Assembly (NCBI GenBank): GCA_021613535.1 | Contig: CP075497.1 | Location: 11,036,001-11,100,000, forward strand | Reading direction: 5' to 3' | DNA: 64,000 bases | Origin: Adineta vaga | Taxonomy: Eukaryota; Animalia; Rotifera | Shown: positions 36,587-50,881 of the stretch, in pieces | Layout of the letters: every line of letters begins with the position of its first letter | Position numbering within the stretch: the first letter of the stretch is position 1 | Notes under the pieces: model-generated | What the model saw: the letters and a program-made list of their open reading frames with translations, nothing else | The model's database searches: none | What the model was told of the DNA's origin: nothing | Translations under genes and position numbers: made by a program

Positions 36587-38081
36587 ATGCTTATTCATCG
36601 ACGTCTGCTATTATCTTCTAGATTATTTCTACTAACAAAACGAATGGCAGGACACTTATCAGCTGGTCTGCAAAAATATGATAAAGATGAAGAAAATCAT
36701 AAACTTCAAGACGAAACGCCTAGAACACATCTCGAAACAGATGCTATTCATGTTGGACAAGAACCTGAACGATGGCCAGGTCAAGCTGTTGTTCCACCTA
36801 TCTCAATGGCAACAACATTTAAACAATTAGAACCAGGCAAACCTCTTCTTTATGAATATAGTCGATGTGGAAATCCAACACGACAATGTTTAGAAGAATG
36901 TTTAGCTTCATTAGAAAAGGCAAAATATGCATTAACATTTTCCTCAGGTCTTGGTGCATCAACTACATTGATGTTTATGCTTAAATCAGGTGATCATATC
37001 GTATCTATTGATGATGTTTATGGTGGTACAGGTCGATTATTCAGGTTTGTTTCAATTTACCGGGAAAAGAAAAGAGCACATCATTTGTATAATTTATTTA
37101 GACGATGTATGGCTCAAATGGGTGTTGAAAGTTCATTTGTTGATATGTCAACCGATCCGTCATCTGTTGCTAAACATTTGAAACCAACAACACGTCTTGT
37201 CTGGATTGAAACACCAACAAATCCTTTACTTAAACTAGCAGATATTGAACGTATTTCATCCGTTGTTCATGAATATGATCCAAAAATTATGGTTCTAGTT
37301 GATAATACATTTGCTACAGCTTTCTATCAACGTCCATTAGCACTTGGTGCTGATTTAGTTTTACATTCATTAACTAAATATATGAATGGTCACTCCGATG
37401 TTGTAATGGGTTGTTTAATGATGAATAACGAAGAACTTTATAAACAATTAAGTTTTCTTCAATACGCTATGTAAGTTACGATTTCATTCATCTACATCTT
37501 CATTAAACTAAATTACGAAAATGTTTCTTTCTAGTGGTGCTGTTCCATCGCCATTTGATTGTTATCTTGTCAATCGTGGTCTTAAAACTTTAGCTGTACG
37601 AATGAGACAACATATGACATCTGGTTTACGTATTGCTAAATATCTTGAAGCTCATCAACATGTTGAACGTGTTATTTATCCACCGTTGGAATCTCATCCT
37701 CAACATGCATTGTATAAGAAACAAATGTCTGGTTTTAGTGGAATGATTTCTGTTTATCTGAAAGGTGATGAAGTAGAAAAAAGTCAACGATTTTTAAAAC
37801 ATCTTAAAGTAAAACAAAAAAGACAAATAGACATTTAAATTTACATTTTTTGTTCGTTTTTATAGTTATTTACCACAGCTGAATCACTTGGAGGTTATGA
37901 ATCTTTGATTGAACTTCCTGCTGTGATGACACATGCAAGTGTTCCTGAAGAACATCGTCGTTTATTAGGTATTACAGATGGTCTCGTTCGTATATCCGTT
38001 GGATTAGAAGATGTTCGAGATTTAATTGATGATATCGAAGCTGCTCTTCAATTTGCATTTTCCGATAAAAACGAGAAATAA
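36587..38081 (+). CDS. CTH: Cystathionine gamma-lyase (PLP-dependent)
   Basis: AVVPPISMATTFKQ, YEYSRCGNPTR, FSSGLGA, DDVYGGT, WIETPTNP, VDNTF, HSLTKYMNGHSD (PLP Lys), AESLGGYESL, LVRISVGLED; three short introns. Confidence 0.96.
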
Positions 38082-39503
38082 AAAGAAAATACATTCTAGT
38101 TTTGTTTTTAAGAACACTGTTTTGTGCTTTCTATTCTTTTTTTATCTGGATGCATACAACTTCAAAATAAAGATAGATAGATAGAATACATCTATGTGTT
38201 TAATTAACTGTCTGATGAATAGTTAGTAATGAAATACTTCCTACTCTTAATTTAATACTTTCACGTCTGAAATGAGAAGGAAAGAAATAAAATGAAAACC
38301 TCAATATTGTCTATTTATATTAATACATCAACGAAGCGTACTTCTTCCTGTAATCTCTCCGGAAAGAAGTTATATTCAACATTGCATGCGAATTCTTTCG
38401 AATATCGTGTCGTAATTAATTTAAGTATACTGTTCATTCAAGTATAGAAACTCTTGTTTCGAATAATGAATAATCAGAAATGTGTAATTAATAAAGACAT
38501 CTACACACGAAGAACCATCATTTACCTGCGCAATGAATTCAAACGTAAAATTTATATAATTGAATATCTATAGACAAAAAACACATATAATATGGTTTGA
38601 ACAGATAGTTCTGATTGAGACAAGTTGACGTTTTGAACAAGATTTCAATTCATTAAAAAATGTTATTCAAATTTTTTTATTTTCTTCTTACTTTTGTTTG
38701 TCTTTCAAAAAGATGTTTCGTTGATATCTGAATGAATGCGTAGTGTACCTATCACTTATTGACAAATGAATTAGAGGATAAAAATAAAAGACGAGATTCA
38801 GTTCGAAGAAGAAGAAGATTGAATACACATGATTCAGAAAAGTAGTTTCATTTCCGATTAAATAACACCTCACCTACAATTTAAGTTGATCCATTTTGCT
38901 TTCTTTTCTTCCTATACTCTTGATAATCACACATTTCTACTTCGGAAATAACAATAATCTTATATACATGAAAAAAAAACGCCAAAGAATAGAATCCTGT
39001 AAGAGACAACATCGAAGAAATAAGTGAAGAAGAGAGTTGTTAGCATCCTTTCTTCATCTTTTTTTTCTTCTCTTCTCCTTTATTTGTCTTTTGTTTTCTT
39101 ATCAGACAACATCCTATTTGACTAGTTTGCTTCTACTATGAACCTAGACGATCATTTTTATTCAATTGAAAAAGTGCGAGGTCTGTAAAAGAGTTCTTTT
39201 TGTCTCTAAATGCTATCTTATAAACACAAGTTTTTCAATAATGATTAGATTTCATCTTTGAAATAGATTGAGTGTCGAAATGGAAATCGAGTTGCTATTC
39301 TATCTACATGAAAATCTTTTATAAATAATTTATAGACACAAATGGAGTAGTTGAATTCATTCGATAGTTGCGTGTAATCTATTTGATAATGAACAAAGAC
39401 TAAATATTTCTTTATTTTCTTTTTTTCTTTTTATTATCTTAGAAGTGCAAGATACTTTTCTTTTATCATAGAAAAAACGATTCTTAATTAATAACATTAG
39501 ATA

Positions 39504-40700
39504 ATGTACAATGTGACAACGGAGATTTCAGTTACAGTTAATATTTTTCGTCGATATTTATTAGGTGAATCATTGAAGAATAGTTTAATTCGTTTAACAG
39601 TCATCTTATCAGCAATTCTTCTTGTTTGGGTTGGTATGATTTTTGCTTTAATTATTCATTTAAAATGTCAACGATCACGACAAATATTGAAATCTTCGAC
39701 GTCACATCATTTATATGATAATGAACATGATTCAATAAGAAAACGATCGGAACAATTAGTACGTAATCGTCGTTTTGATTCATCAGTATCATCAATATCT
39801 TCAACACGTTGTTATTCAATTCGACGAATATTTATACGATTAAAACGATGTTGTATCTTTTGGCCATCGGTAGCAAATGCGAATGATGATTCAGAAAAAC
39901 GATCATCAATATCAAGTAAACAACGAGATACTATACGAATGAATTCATGTACAGTACCACCAAAAATTCAAATTATGATTGAAAATACAGTCAAACGACC
40001 ATCGACAAATGTTGGACGAAAATTATCATCATACTATGAAGGCGATAGTTCAAGTAGTGAGGAATTAAAAACTCTTTGTTCATCTGAAAATAATCGTGAA
40101 ATTCAAATTGAAATCAATCGTAAATCATCAAATGTGACTGAATTGGTATATTTAATGAAAATGTTTAATAGAATAATCAAAATCTTTCAGATTCACTTTT
40201 TCTTTTTCTTCTAGGTACAACCGAAATCTTATTTAGAGCAACCATCTTTATCTCTTCCCGTTGACCAAGCAAATCGTGTATGTCCATCTACTGAACAGTT
40301 ACAAAAATTACATGAATTCAATACCAAAGCAACACTTTTATTCCATCCCATAACTCGACGTTTATCCAATGCGAATGCCGATTCTTGTCTTCCACCAATA
40401 AATACCATTCAAATGCAACAACGAAAATCTTTATTCGTCGTTTCCTCCGCTCGTGAATTAACTTCAGTTAATAAATGGAAATGGAAACATTCATTAGTCA
40501 ACGATCCGATCATACGTGATGAACGTATTACATCTAGTGCAAGACAACTACCACTAGTAATGATTACAGATACAAGTTCATCGAATACAAATATTGTCGA
40601 ACTTGAAACCTACGAAGATAATCATCGTTTAATGACTGATATAGAAAAACGCTTAGCTCATCAGTTAAGATCATCGTATCGACCACGACATTCGACATGA
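39504..40700 (+). CDS. Single-pass membrane protein with long Ser/Arg-rich cytoplasmic tail, unknown function
   Basis: TM LTVILSAILLVWVGMIFALII; intron ~40147-40214; continues in frame into ORF 40413-40700. Confidence 0.7.
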
Positions 40701-41530
40701 AAAGAATTTCAAACATGCAATCAAACTGTGATTAAACCAAACCAAATACAAAACTAATTTATGGTGCACTATATGGTAAAACCAAGTAGACAGAAAACAT
40801 GTTATGAACTAAATTTAGTAACATCTAATGATGACATGTTACACTTGTGGAATCATATAGTTTATGAATTGATTAGAGAAAATAAAAACGACAGTAAGAA
40901 GATTTCAATTCTTTTGTTAAGTATACCTTTCTTCGTTTTCATTTAATTATATATGACATGTAAATATGTTTTTGTATTAATGAAATTTGTTTTGATTGCT
41001 TCTCTCTTCTTCGATGATTGACAAAGTATTCTCATGTATATATAGTTGTCGAAAGCAAACAAATCAATTGAAGATAACTCTATAATTTTATACAAAACTA
41101 TGTAGGTGTTTTTTCTTCTCTTGAAAAACAAACCATCATTTCGTTCTAATGTTATTCTATTGAAAATAAAGAGTTTGATCTTGATTGTAGATAATATTCA
41201 CTTGTGAGTATCTACCTATCCGATCAATGATGCAGATTATTCGTTGCTCTTGAGAAAGGATAATGACAAAACAACATCATAATAGAATCTTGATTCTAGA
41301 CAAACATTCGATTATTTTAGAAGTCAAAATTATGCATGATTATCAATTGACTTTTATGCGATTATATTATTCAATCGAGCGACTCTTTTATTTATTTAAT
41401 TAATCAAATGAAAGAACGATGGTTTTTCTTTCTCAGCGCATTATTTAGTTTTATTTGTAATTCAGGATTAAAAAATTTCAACGGACTGGAAAAAAATTGA
41501 AATAAATTGTTCATAAAAATGAAATTGTTT

Positions 41531-42072
41531 TTAAGCATCACCTTCACTGCTGTCTTGGGCTTTTCCTCCGACGAGAGATTGAATGATTTGAAAAAACAAT
41601 CGACCAGCTGTTCGTTGAATTGACCATTCTTGTTCTTGAGCTTGTCTATCAAGAGTACGAGCAGCATTAAGACCAGTGAAGAATTGTGTACAATTGGATG
41701 ACAAAACACCTGTATTGTTGGCATTATTAATATAATTGATTTCATTTTGTCGTTTTTCTAAAACTTTATCATATGTACCATTTGCTTGAAGATCAGTGAT
41801 TAATTGACGAGTTTGTTCAAGAAATGCTTCAGCTATTGAAGCATTGGCACAGACTTTTGTTTCCCATTGATTTTTAGGACCATGTGGTCTAGGACCGAAT
41901 CCAGGTGGACCTCGGTTGCCATCACCAGGACCATGTTTTTCGGAACCACGACGTGGTCCACAATGAACAATAGCAAGGCCATACATAACTATGAAGAAAA
42001 TAGATGAACGAGATTCCGAAAAAGCAGAAAAATAAAACTTACGAGAGCGATAGATACAATAAATTTAGCCAT
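41531..42072 (-). CDS. Secreted protein with Gly/Pro-rich N-terminus and helical two-Cys domain; apparent 1-nt deletion in the signal peptide
   Basis: Exon 1 MAKFIVSIAL|gtaag; exon 2 begins LCMA, then one extra base is needed near 41976 to reach LAIVHC-GPRRG... (ORF 41531-41986). TATA-like element ~42121-42130. Confidence 0.65.
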
Positions 42073-43445
42073 GTTTACAAAGAATGTTTGAATTTAACGG
42101 TAACTCTTTTTTTCCCTCCTATATTTATATGCGGGTTACCGGTAAGAGAACATCAAAGAACGGCGCAAAAAAAGAAAAAAGTACATTTCTTTTCTTTCTA
42201 ATTACGTCAAAAATTGAGTACAAACTGCGAATGAGTAATCTTTTTTCAGCCAAACCTATTACTCATCTCTACCCAGATTCCATTGGTTTTGTCAGGTCTG
42301 TTTAATTATAATTTCTATTGAAATATAATACACTCACTGACATTTATATTTTCGATTACTCGATTTCGCGATGACTTCATCGAATATATAAAAATAGTAC
42401 GAGCATGACATCAACGCCTATGAACCGATACGACTTTGTACTTTCTTCTCAACGAGAATCCGTAAGTTCATTCTTGCATATGGAAATAAATTCATATTAA
42501 TCAAGAAGAAGAACTTTTCATTTTATTTTCTCATGCGTAGACTTAAGCTTTTAATCAGAAAATGTTTTGAAGAGAAATTCTATTAAGAGATGCAATGTTT
42601 GTATATATTTTTCTATCGATAAAACAAAAGCATGAATTCTTTCCAGATGCTTCGATATAAACAAATTCTCAGACGAGGAAAAATTGAGAAAACACTTTAA
42701 AGGACATTTGCCAGTAGAGAATAAATCGTTGCTATCGGCAACAGGTGAAACAATAAGCGGAAAGTACATTTGCAAATATTTTTTCACAACAATAAAAACC
42801 AAAGTTTAGAATAATTTATATTCAGAGCACATTAGCATATCAAAAATTAATGATATTCAAGTACTTTCCACTGTTAGGGCATATGGTAATCGTTTTAAAT
42901 AATAAAATACTAAACTGATCATATATCTATATTTCTCATAGATAAAAAGTGACATCTATCAAGTCATCATTTATTCGTTCAAATATTCTTAAATGTATGT
43001 CCATTTTCTTATTAATTCATCATCGTTTCAGTTTCATTTCCTTTTCTGAACTGAGTCATGGTGTCAGTTTAATATATTGTAATTGTAACGTATATATGAA
43101 ATTCTATTGAAGTTTTCGTGATATACTTAGTCATTCAAACGAAAAACAGGTAATTGACGAAAAAAAAAGAACTTGGCTAGTCAAATTATTCATATTGATG
43201 GCCTTGGTCTATTTTTTGTTTGAAAATATTGATTTTATTTAGGAATTCTTGGATCTAAACGAGATTGAAACCGAGATAACTAATTTGTTTTCTATTCCAC
43301 TCACAATCATGTACGAGACCACTTGTACTTAAACGAATTTTGTGGCGCATATGATTGTTCACTATGGAATTTGAGAACAACTTTTCGTCTGAATTTTTTC
43401 TTTTCCATCTATTTTTATGTTTATATTCCAGTTAAACCAGAAAAT

Positions 43446-46400
43446 ATGAGCAATAACAATCAATCTAATACACCAAATCCACCATTATTTCCACCCTTAC
43501 CATCTATACCACCACCCTCAACACCTGCAACAGCTGCTGCATTTCAACAATCGTATATGCAAGCTGCTATGTATGCATTCTACCAGCAACAACAGCAACA
43601 ATTTTTTCAACAAATGTTTTCTGTTCCTCCACCACCTTTATCTACGACGAATATTCCAGATCGACAAACGGTTTCACTCGAGAATGGACAAAGAAAACCG
43701 CCAACCGGTAATTTTGTTTTGTTAGAATTTGAGAAGATTATTTATTTATTTATTTAAGATGGAAAACAATCATCGTCTGCAAACAAAAATTTTCAAGATC
43801 GAAGACGATACTGTTCTACGTCATCTTCATTTCGTGAGAATAATCATAATAAACGTTCATACGATCAATCTTCTCGTAATGATGATCGACGTCGTGATTT
43901 ACCTTCGTCACCAGCAACAAAAAGACGTCGAACTAATGATAATAGCATTGACGATGAATACAATGAGTATGAAATAGATTTTGTTCTTCTATTTGATCAA
44001 TTTCTATACGATTTTTTCTAGTTCAAGTTCTGATGAAGAAACAATTGAAGTTTCTACAACAAAAGCAAAACCACAATATGTACGAACATGTACATCAGAG
44101 TTGTATTATCGACGCGATGAACAAGTGCGATTGATTTATTGATTGATAAAAATTGAAAATTTTCTATTTAGAATTCTCGTTTAATTCATGGAACACAAAA
44201 ATTGAAAGATCTTTGTGCAAAATTTCGATCAGAAGTGTTATCCTATCGAGAATCGTTTCGTAAAGAAAATAAGATTTTTGATGAACCTGATCACATATAT
44301 ATGTTTCATAAAGCCAAACAATTTGATTCGCATAGTAAAAATTCAAAAACAGAAACAAAATTGAAAGGTATGAAAATCTGAAGTAAAACAATACGCTATT
44401 GTCTATTCAATTGCGTTTAGATACTTCGAGTGAAAGTGGAGAAGAAGAAGACGAAAGTGAAGAAGAAGGAGAAGCAACAGCAGCAAGTTTAGCAAGTGAT
44501 AATTTATTAACATTAGAAATTGAACGTAAACAACAAATACCTAATCGTTTGCATCCTGAACTTTGGTTTAATGAATATAAACAAGTATGATATCAATCAA
44601 ATTGTCTAACTAATAAAACATATCTTTTGTAGGGTAATGATGGACCAGTATGTCGATGTAGTGATGATGATCGTAAATTTGGTATTCGTCATCAAATGTT
44701 TTATGGTGAAAAAGTATGAGAATAGAATTTAGATTTTTCAAAGAAAATCTTTGTCTATTTTGAAAATAATGAGTGTCTTTTTAGACGATTAATTCGTGTG
44801 AGAAATGGAATAATAATGCTGGTCGACTTTTTCATTATCGGATTACATTAAAACCAAAAACAAACTTTGTGGTAAGTTGAATGTTTTTTTTTCTCTTTCT
44901 TTCTTATTTGATCAAATAATTGTGTATTTTTAGTTAAAAGACCCAACAATCATAACATATGATGATCATGATTATATCTTCGAAGGTTTCTCTGTTCTTT
45001 CTCATGTATCATTAACAAATGTAATTAAAACTTCGTCTTTTCATAATATTTTCTCTTAATCTTCATTTATTTGTCTTCTAGGTAAATGATTGTATTGTTG
45101 TTTATCATAATATTGATTATGCTGTTGGTTTAGAAGAAGAATCTCCTTTAGAACATTTTACCATTGAAGAACTTGATCTACTTCAACAATATCTACTCAT
45201 TGATGTTTGTGAATTATATGATATTCAATGGCGACCATTGAATAATAATAAAGATATATCTACATGTACATGTTATCATTTTTTTCCTCGTTTTGCACGT
45301 ATTTTACCTGATAATGGCAAAGAATTACTTTATCCTGCTGAACAAATTCAATATTTTCTCAAACATTTAAAACCTTTAATACCAAATGATTTACATACAC
45401 GATGTAAATCAATGTCCAGTGATGCATGGGATAAATATGTTACAAAAGTTCAAGGTTCTATCGTATGGTTTCCAAAACATCGTCCAGCAGCAATTCGACT
45501 TGATCAACTCGATCGAGAAAATAGTTCATATCCACTTATCGTTCATTTCGGTAAGCATAATCACATTCTTCTTGAAAATAATCAACAAAAATCTGGTGTT
45601 CTTCCTTGGAAATTGAATAGGTATTCGTCCTGCTGTTTTATCAATACAATATAATCAAGAATATCGTCAAGCATATAAATCTTATTTGAAAGTCTTTTTT
45701 CTTCTGAAAAATCGAACACCAACTGATGAAGATAAAGCCAATTTACGTGATAAAGAACAACGTTTAAAACAAATTGTTGCTAAACATGCTGAACAATTAA
45801 AACGTGAAACAGTTGTAGAAGTTTCATCGGAAAATGCGTATCGTACTGGTTTCAAATCAGATATTATTCAATATTCTTTATTACTTTCATCATTACAAGA
45901 TCATTTACGTTTTCATCACTCATTAACAGAATTAGAAACACATCTTGTCGGTTATCAATTTCAAAATCGTTGGTTAATGCAATTAGCTTTAACACATCCA
46001 AGTGGAAATTATGTTTTGCATAATAATCTTGGTCCTAATCCAGATCATGTGAAAAATACTCTAGTAAAGAATATTCTATGAACTTATCGATTATTGTTGA
46101 TCTTAATTTTAGGCAAATTGTCGAATAAGAAATACAGTTTATGGTGATCGGAAACAATTATTTCGACCAGTAACGAAACGAGGTGTATCAACATTATTTC
46201 GTATCATGGCAAAAAAAGCGAAAACATGTGAACAAATATCTGAAATAACCAATTATGAACGTCTAGAATTTCTTGGTAATTATGAGAAGAAAATTAAATT
46301 TCTAAGTAGAAAAATACATTGATTTTGTTCTATTTAGGTGATGCTCTCTTAGAATTACTTGTATCGATACATTTGTTTTTTCTCTTTCCACAATTTGATG

Positions 46401-47752
46401 AAGGTCGTCTCTCAACATTTCGTGTTGGTTTAATTCAAAATCATTTTTTCACATCATTAGCACGAAATCTTTGTTTACAACATTTTATTATTTACAATCA
46501 TGGTCCAGATCTTTGTTCACATTCGGCACTTAATCATGCACTAGCTAATTCATTCGAAGCATTGATGGGGGCAATTTATCTCGATGGTGGTTTAGTAAGG
46601 ATTTGCTTTGTTCGAGAAATAATCCACAAGAAATAAATGTTCTGTTTTGTTTAGGAAATTGTCGATAGAATTTTATCGAAAATACTTTTTAATCAAGATA
46701 AACATTTAACAGAAATATGGAATAATTTACAAGAATATCCATTGAAAATTCAATATCCTATTAGTGATCGACATTTAATTGAACAAGTACCTCTGTTGAA
46801 AAAATTAACCAAATTTGAAGAAGATATTGGCGTGGAATTTCAACATATAAGAATGTTAGCACAAGCTTTTTGTACGAGACCCATACCACAGAATGATTTA
46901 ACAATAGAAGATAATGAACGATTAGAATTTCTTGGTTAGTTATTAGAATTGATTCTCTTTATTTCTTATCAAAGCTTTCTTTTAGGTGATACTGTTCTTA
47001 ATTTTGTTGTTAGTGATTATTTATATCGTCATTTTCCCGAACATCATGAAGGTCATTTATCCTTACTTCGTTCATGTACAGTTTCAAATCCAACACAAGC
47101 TGTGATCTATGATGAATTAGGTATGCAAGTTTATGTTGATTATGTTCGTGATCAACTTCGTACAACAACACCACGAATGATTGAAAAATCTTTGAAAGCA
47201 AAAGCAGATGTTTTTGAAGCATTTATAGCTGCATTATTTATTGATCAAGGTTTAGAATCCATTTATGCATTTTGTCGTGCAACAATTTTTCCACGTTTAC
47301 AAGATTTTATAACAACACAACATTGGAATGATCCAAAATCGAATTTACAACATTGTTGTTTGGCATTACGTGATCCGAATGATCGAAATCCTCCATTACC
47401 TGAATATGTTGTTTTAAAATCCATTGGATCATCCAATAATGTTCAATATCGTGTTGGTGTTTTCTTTCGTAAACAACGTTTATCTGTTGGTCTTGGCCGA
47501 TCTGTTCATGAAGCTGAAATGGCTGCAGCAAAGAATGCCTTAGAACAACATGCTGAAATGTTTCCCTTATTACATTATCAAAAATCAGTTTTAACAACAC
47601 CAAGTTCAATGCATTCAAAACGACGAATGTTAACAAATTCAACAGTCAATAGTAATGAGAATAATCGACAAGAACTATTTTCATTAAGAAAAATGAAAAC
47701 TCGAAGTGAAATTGCAGCAATGATAACTACATCAACAAAAGTCAAAATTTAG
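43446..47752 (+). CDS. DROSHA: Drosha (class II RNase III of the Microprocessor)
   Basis: Pro-rich N-terminus; LHPELWFNE..GNDGPVCRCS...GIRH; RIIIDa YERLEFLGDA...ANSFEALMGAIYLDGG; RIIIDb NERLEFLGDTVL...ADVFEAFIAALFID; dsRBD DPKSNLQHCCL...AEMAAAKNAL. Confidence 0.96.
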
Positions 47753-48006
47753 ATAATAAAAAAATATTCTGGTGCTTGGCTTCTCTGGTCGATCTTTTCC
47801 TTTGTTTCATTCGGATGATGATCCTGCAATGTTTTGTGTATGAAAATCTGTTTTTTTTTGGAATATTATTTAATAAAGAAAGGAATCGTCTCTGTATGAA
47901 GAAAAAAACATAATTTAACATTTGATGCGCGTATGACTCATTTGAAAAACACGACTAATGAGAGCGTAAATTACTTAGAAACACAGACAATCTATTGACA
48001 AGAAAA

Positions 48007-50881
48007 ATGTCTAGACGATCGAGTGAAACATCACGACCGATAATCTTCGAAAATTCTCAACGAAGTTGTACTGATTGGCCATGTTTATTAATCTTCATAG
48101 TACTTCTTATTCTTTACATTCTCTTTGCAATATTTGTATTTCGTGAAGGTTCAATACATCGTTTTATTTCTCCAACTGATAGTCGAGGTCGTGTATGTGG
48201 AGTAGATTCTCAAACTAATCGACCATATTTACAATTTTTTGATATCATTAAATGTATTAAATATATCTTGATTGGTGCACGATGTCCAACACCACAAATG
48301 TGTGTAGAAAAGTGTCCATCAACTTTTTATCATTATAAACTCTTATACGCACAAGAACTGAAATTAGCAAAGAATAATAGAGATAAAATCAAACAAATTC
48401 GTAAACAACTTTCAGTATGTTCCTAAATTTTGAAAACAAAATCGAGAAAGACACAAATCATGTATGAATTTGTTCTATAGTGCGAAAAATTTGCGCAATC
48501 ACAAGTGGAAAACCCAACAGTATCTATCTATAATCTTGTAAAGGAGCGTAAAGTTTGTGCACCTTATTCTTTCCCATCAAAACCATTGTACGGTAGATGT
48601 ATTCCATCTATTATTGTTCAAGCATTGAATTCAACTATCAAACAAGCGGATGATATTATTAAAAATCAAGGTGGAAATACTGTATGTATTTTCAACTAAA
48701 ATTCTAATTCTCTTTATAGAAGAGTATTATGAATGTAGACTGATGACGATATCATTCCAGGTAAAGATGCAATGCAAACAAGTTTAGAATATTTCAAAAA
48801 AGCTTTACAAATCAAACGACTTCTCTCGTATATGTTCGAAGATTTAATTCAAAGTCGTTATGTTCTTCTTATATCTTTGGCTTTTGCCATGGTTATACTT
48901 GTCATCTATATGCTTTTGTTACGTTATTTAGCCAGATGGATGATATGGTTATCTCTAATCTCATGTATTATCGTATTTGCACTTGCAGCTACCTTTTGTT
49001 TTGTAAGTCGAGCACGAATGAAAAACTATCCGACTAATAAAAACAAGAATAATACATTAATTGATCTTGATATAATGAATATTACATTTGATTTAAATCA
49101 ACTCAGTAATAATCATTCGAATATAACTATTAATACAAATCAAATAACATCAACAATGGAAAAATTTGATACAGCAATGATTCTTTTAGAACAATTTGCA
49201 CCAATGAATGTTGTATGGTTAATTTTAGGTATTGTTTGTTGTACAATATGTGCAATATTAATGATTTGTACATGTTGTTTATGGGAACGAATTAGCTTAG
49301 CTGCAGGTAAAAAAATAGGAACATTTTCAAAGAGACATTTCTCGAATTATTGAAGTTTTCTTTTAAAAGCTTTAATTGAAGAAGCAAGTAAAGCAATTTG
49401 TCATGCATTAACAACTCTAATTTGGCCTATTATTACATTTTTTCTTAATATTGGTTTTACCATCTTAGGTGTTCTTGTTCTTGCTCATTATTCGACTTTA
49501 GTAAGATAAAAAAGACAATTTTTTTTTCGATTGAGAAATGTTTTATTGATGAAAAATAGGGTCGACCTATCTATCAAATCAGTTGTACACAAGATTTTGG
49601 AAAATCATGTCAAATAGAATCCTCACGTTCTTATCTTCTTTCCAATGAAACTCACCAACTCACTCTTCGTACAATTCCGAAATCATGTTTTGATTATCAT
49701 GAAGGTGATAGTTGTACACCTGATGATTTTGCACAATTAAATTGTTCAACAGATCGTATCCGATGTGTTTATGTATCCTATGGGTTTATTGAGGGAACAT
49801 TTGAACAATATTTCAATTCATTATGGAGTCATCGTTTAGCACAATTTCTTAGTCAACATCCATGGTTTGTTAATATTTTCAATCTATTTATTATCTATTG
49901 GTTATTAGCATTTATTGTCGCATTAGAAGAAATGATCTTAGCATGTACATTCACTTGTAAGAGTTATAGGTACATGAAAAGAAATGAATATAGAAAGGTC
50001 TTCTATTCTAGCTTACTATTGGCAATTGAATGAAAGAGAGAAAAAATGTTGTCACAGTTATTTTCATCAATGTCTTTGTTTACAAGGTGTATCAACAACA
50101 TTTCGCTATCATTTGGGTACGATTGCTGTTGGTAGTTCAATTATTACTATTATTGATACATTACGAACAGTAATTGATTTGATTAAAGATCGATTAGAAG
50201 GAATAAAGTTTGATAGTTATGGAAAATGTTGTCTTCAATTAATAAACAGTTCACTTAGTTGTGTTCGTTTTTGTTTTCAATTCCTTTCAAGATATACATA
50301 TGTAATGGTAAGAGAATCTTTCTATTTAAATAAGAGAATATATCATGTTTCTTTTATTAGACTGCCGTTAGTGGTAAATGGTTTTGTCCATCAACAATGA
50401 TTGCAACAAGATTATTATTAGAAAATTGTTTACGTGTATTTGTACTTGATCGTGTTTGTGCAATTCTTTTATATATTGGACGAATAACTATAACCGTAAA
50501 AAATACTCTTCATCATAAAGAATAAAAAATAATACTGATGTGTACTTTTGTTTGTTGTTTTTTTAGATTGGTTCATGTGTTTTTACTGGTTATATGCTGG
50601 ATAGAGTTGAATTAAATACGCATTTACATTTTTCATGGTTTCCCGTTCTTCTCATTGGCATTTGTGTTTATATTAGTTCAGCTATCTTCCTTCATGTTTA
50701 TACAACAGCAACGTCGACACTATTCTTTTGTGTTTTATATGATTTAGAATTGCATGATGAATTGAGAATGGGATCAGATCGATTAAAAACAATTCTGAAT
50801 AAATCCAATGATTTTCGTAAAAGTAAATCTCAGCTAATTAATGATCAATCGATCAGTGAGAAAACACAATCAAAATTTTGA
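48007..50881 (+). CDS. Choline transporter-like protein (SLC44/CTL family)
   Basis: RSCTDWPCLLIF, PTDSRGRVCG, CPTPQMCVEKCP, RYHLGTIAVGSSII, TLFFCVLYDLE; multi-exon, multi-TM. Confidence 0.9.

Noticed and set aside
46545-46562. Asn in the Drosha RIIIDa ANSFEA motif as a possible catalytic loss
   Set aside because: Asn at this position is normal for Drosha RIIIDa.
281-47642. Numerous short ORF-track entries antisense or out-of-frame to real exons (e.g. 281-466, 10352-10576, 26676-26927, 47307-47642)
   Set aside because: They are shadows of spliced genes or low-complexity codons, with no independent domain signal.
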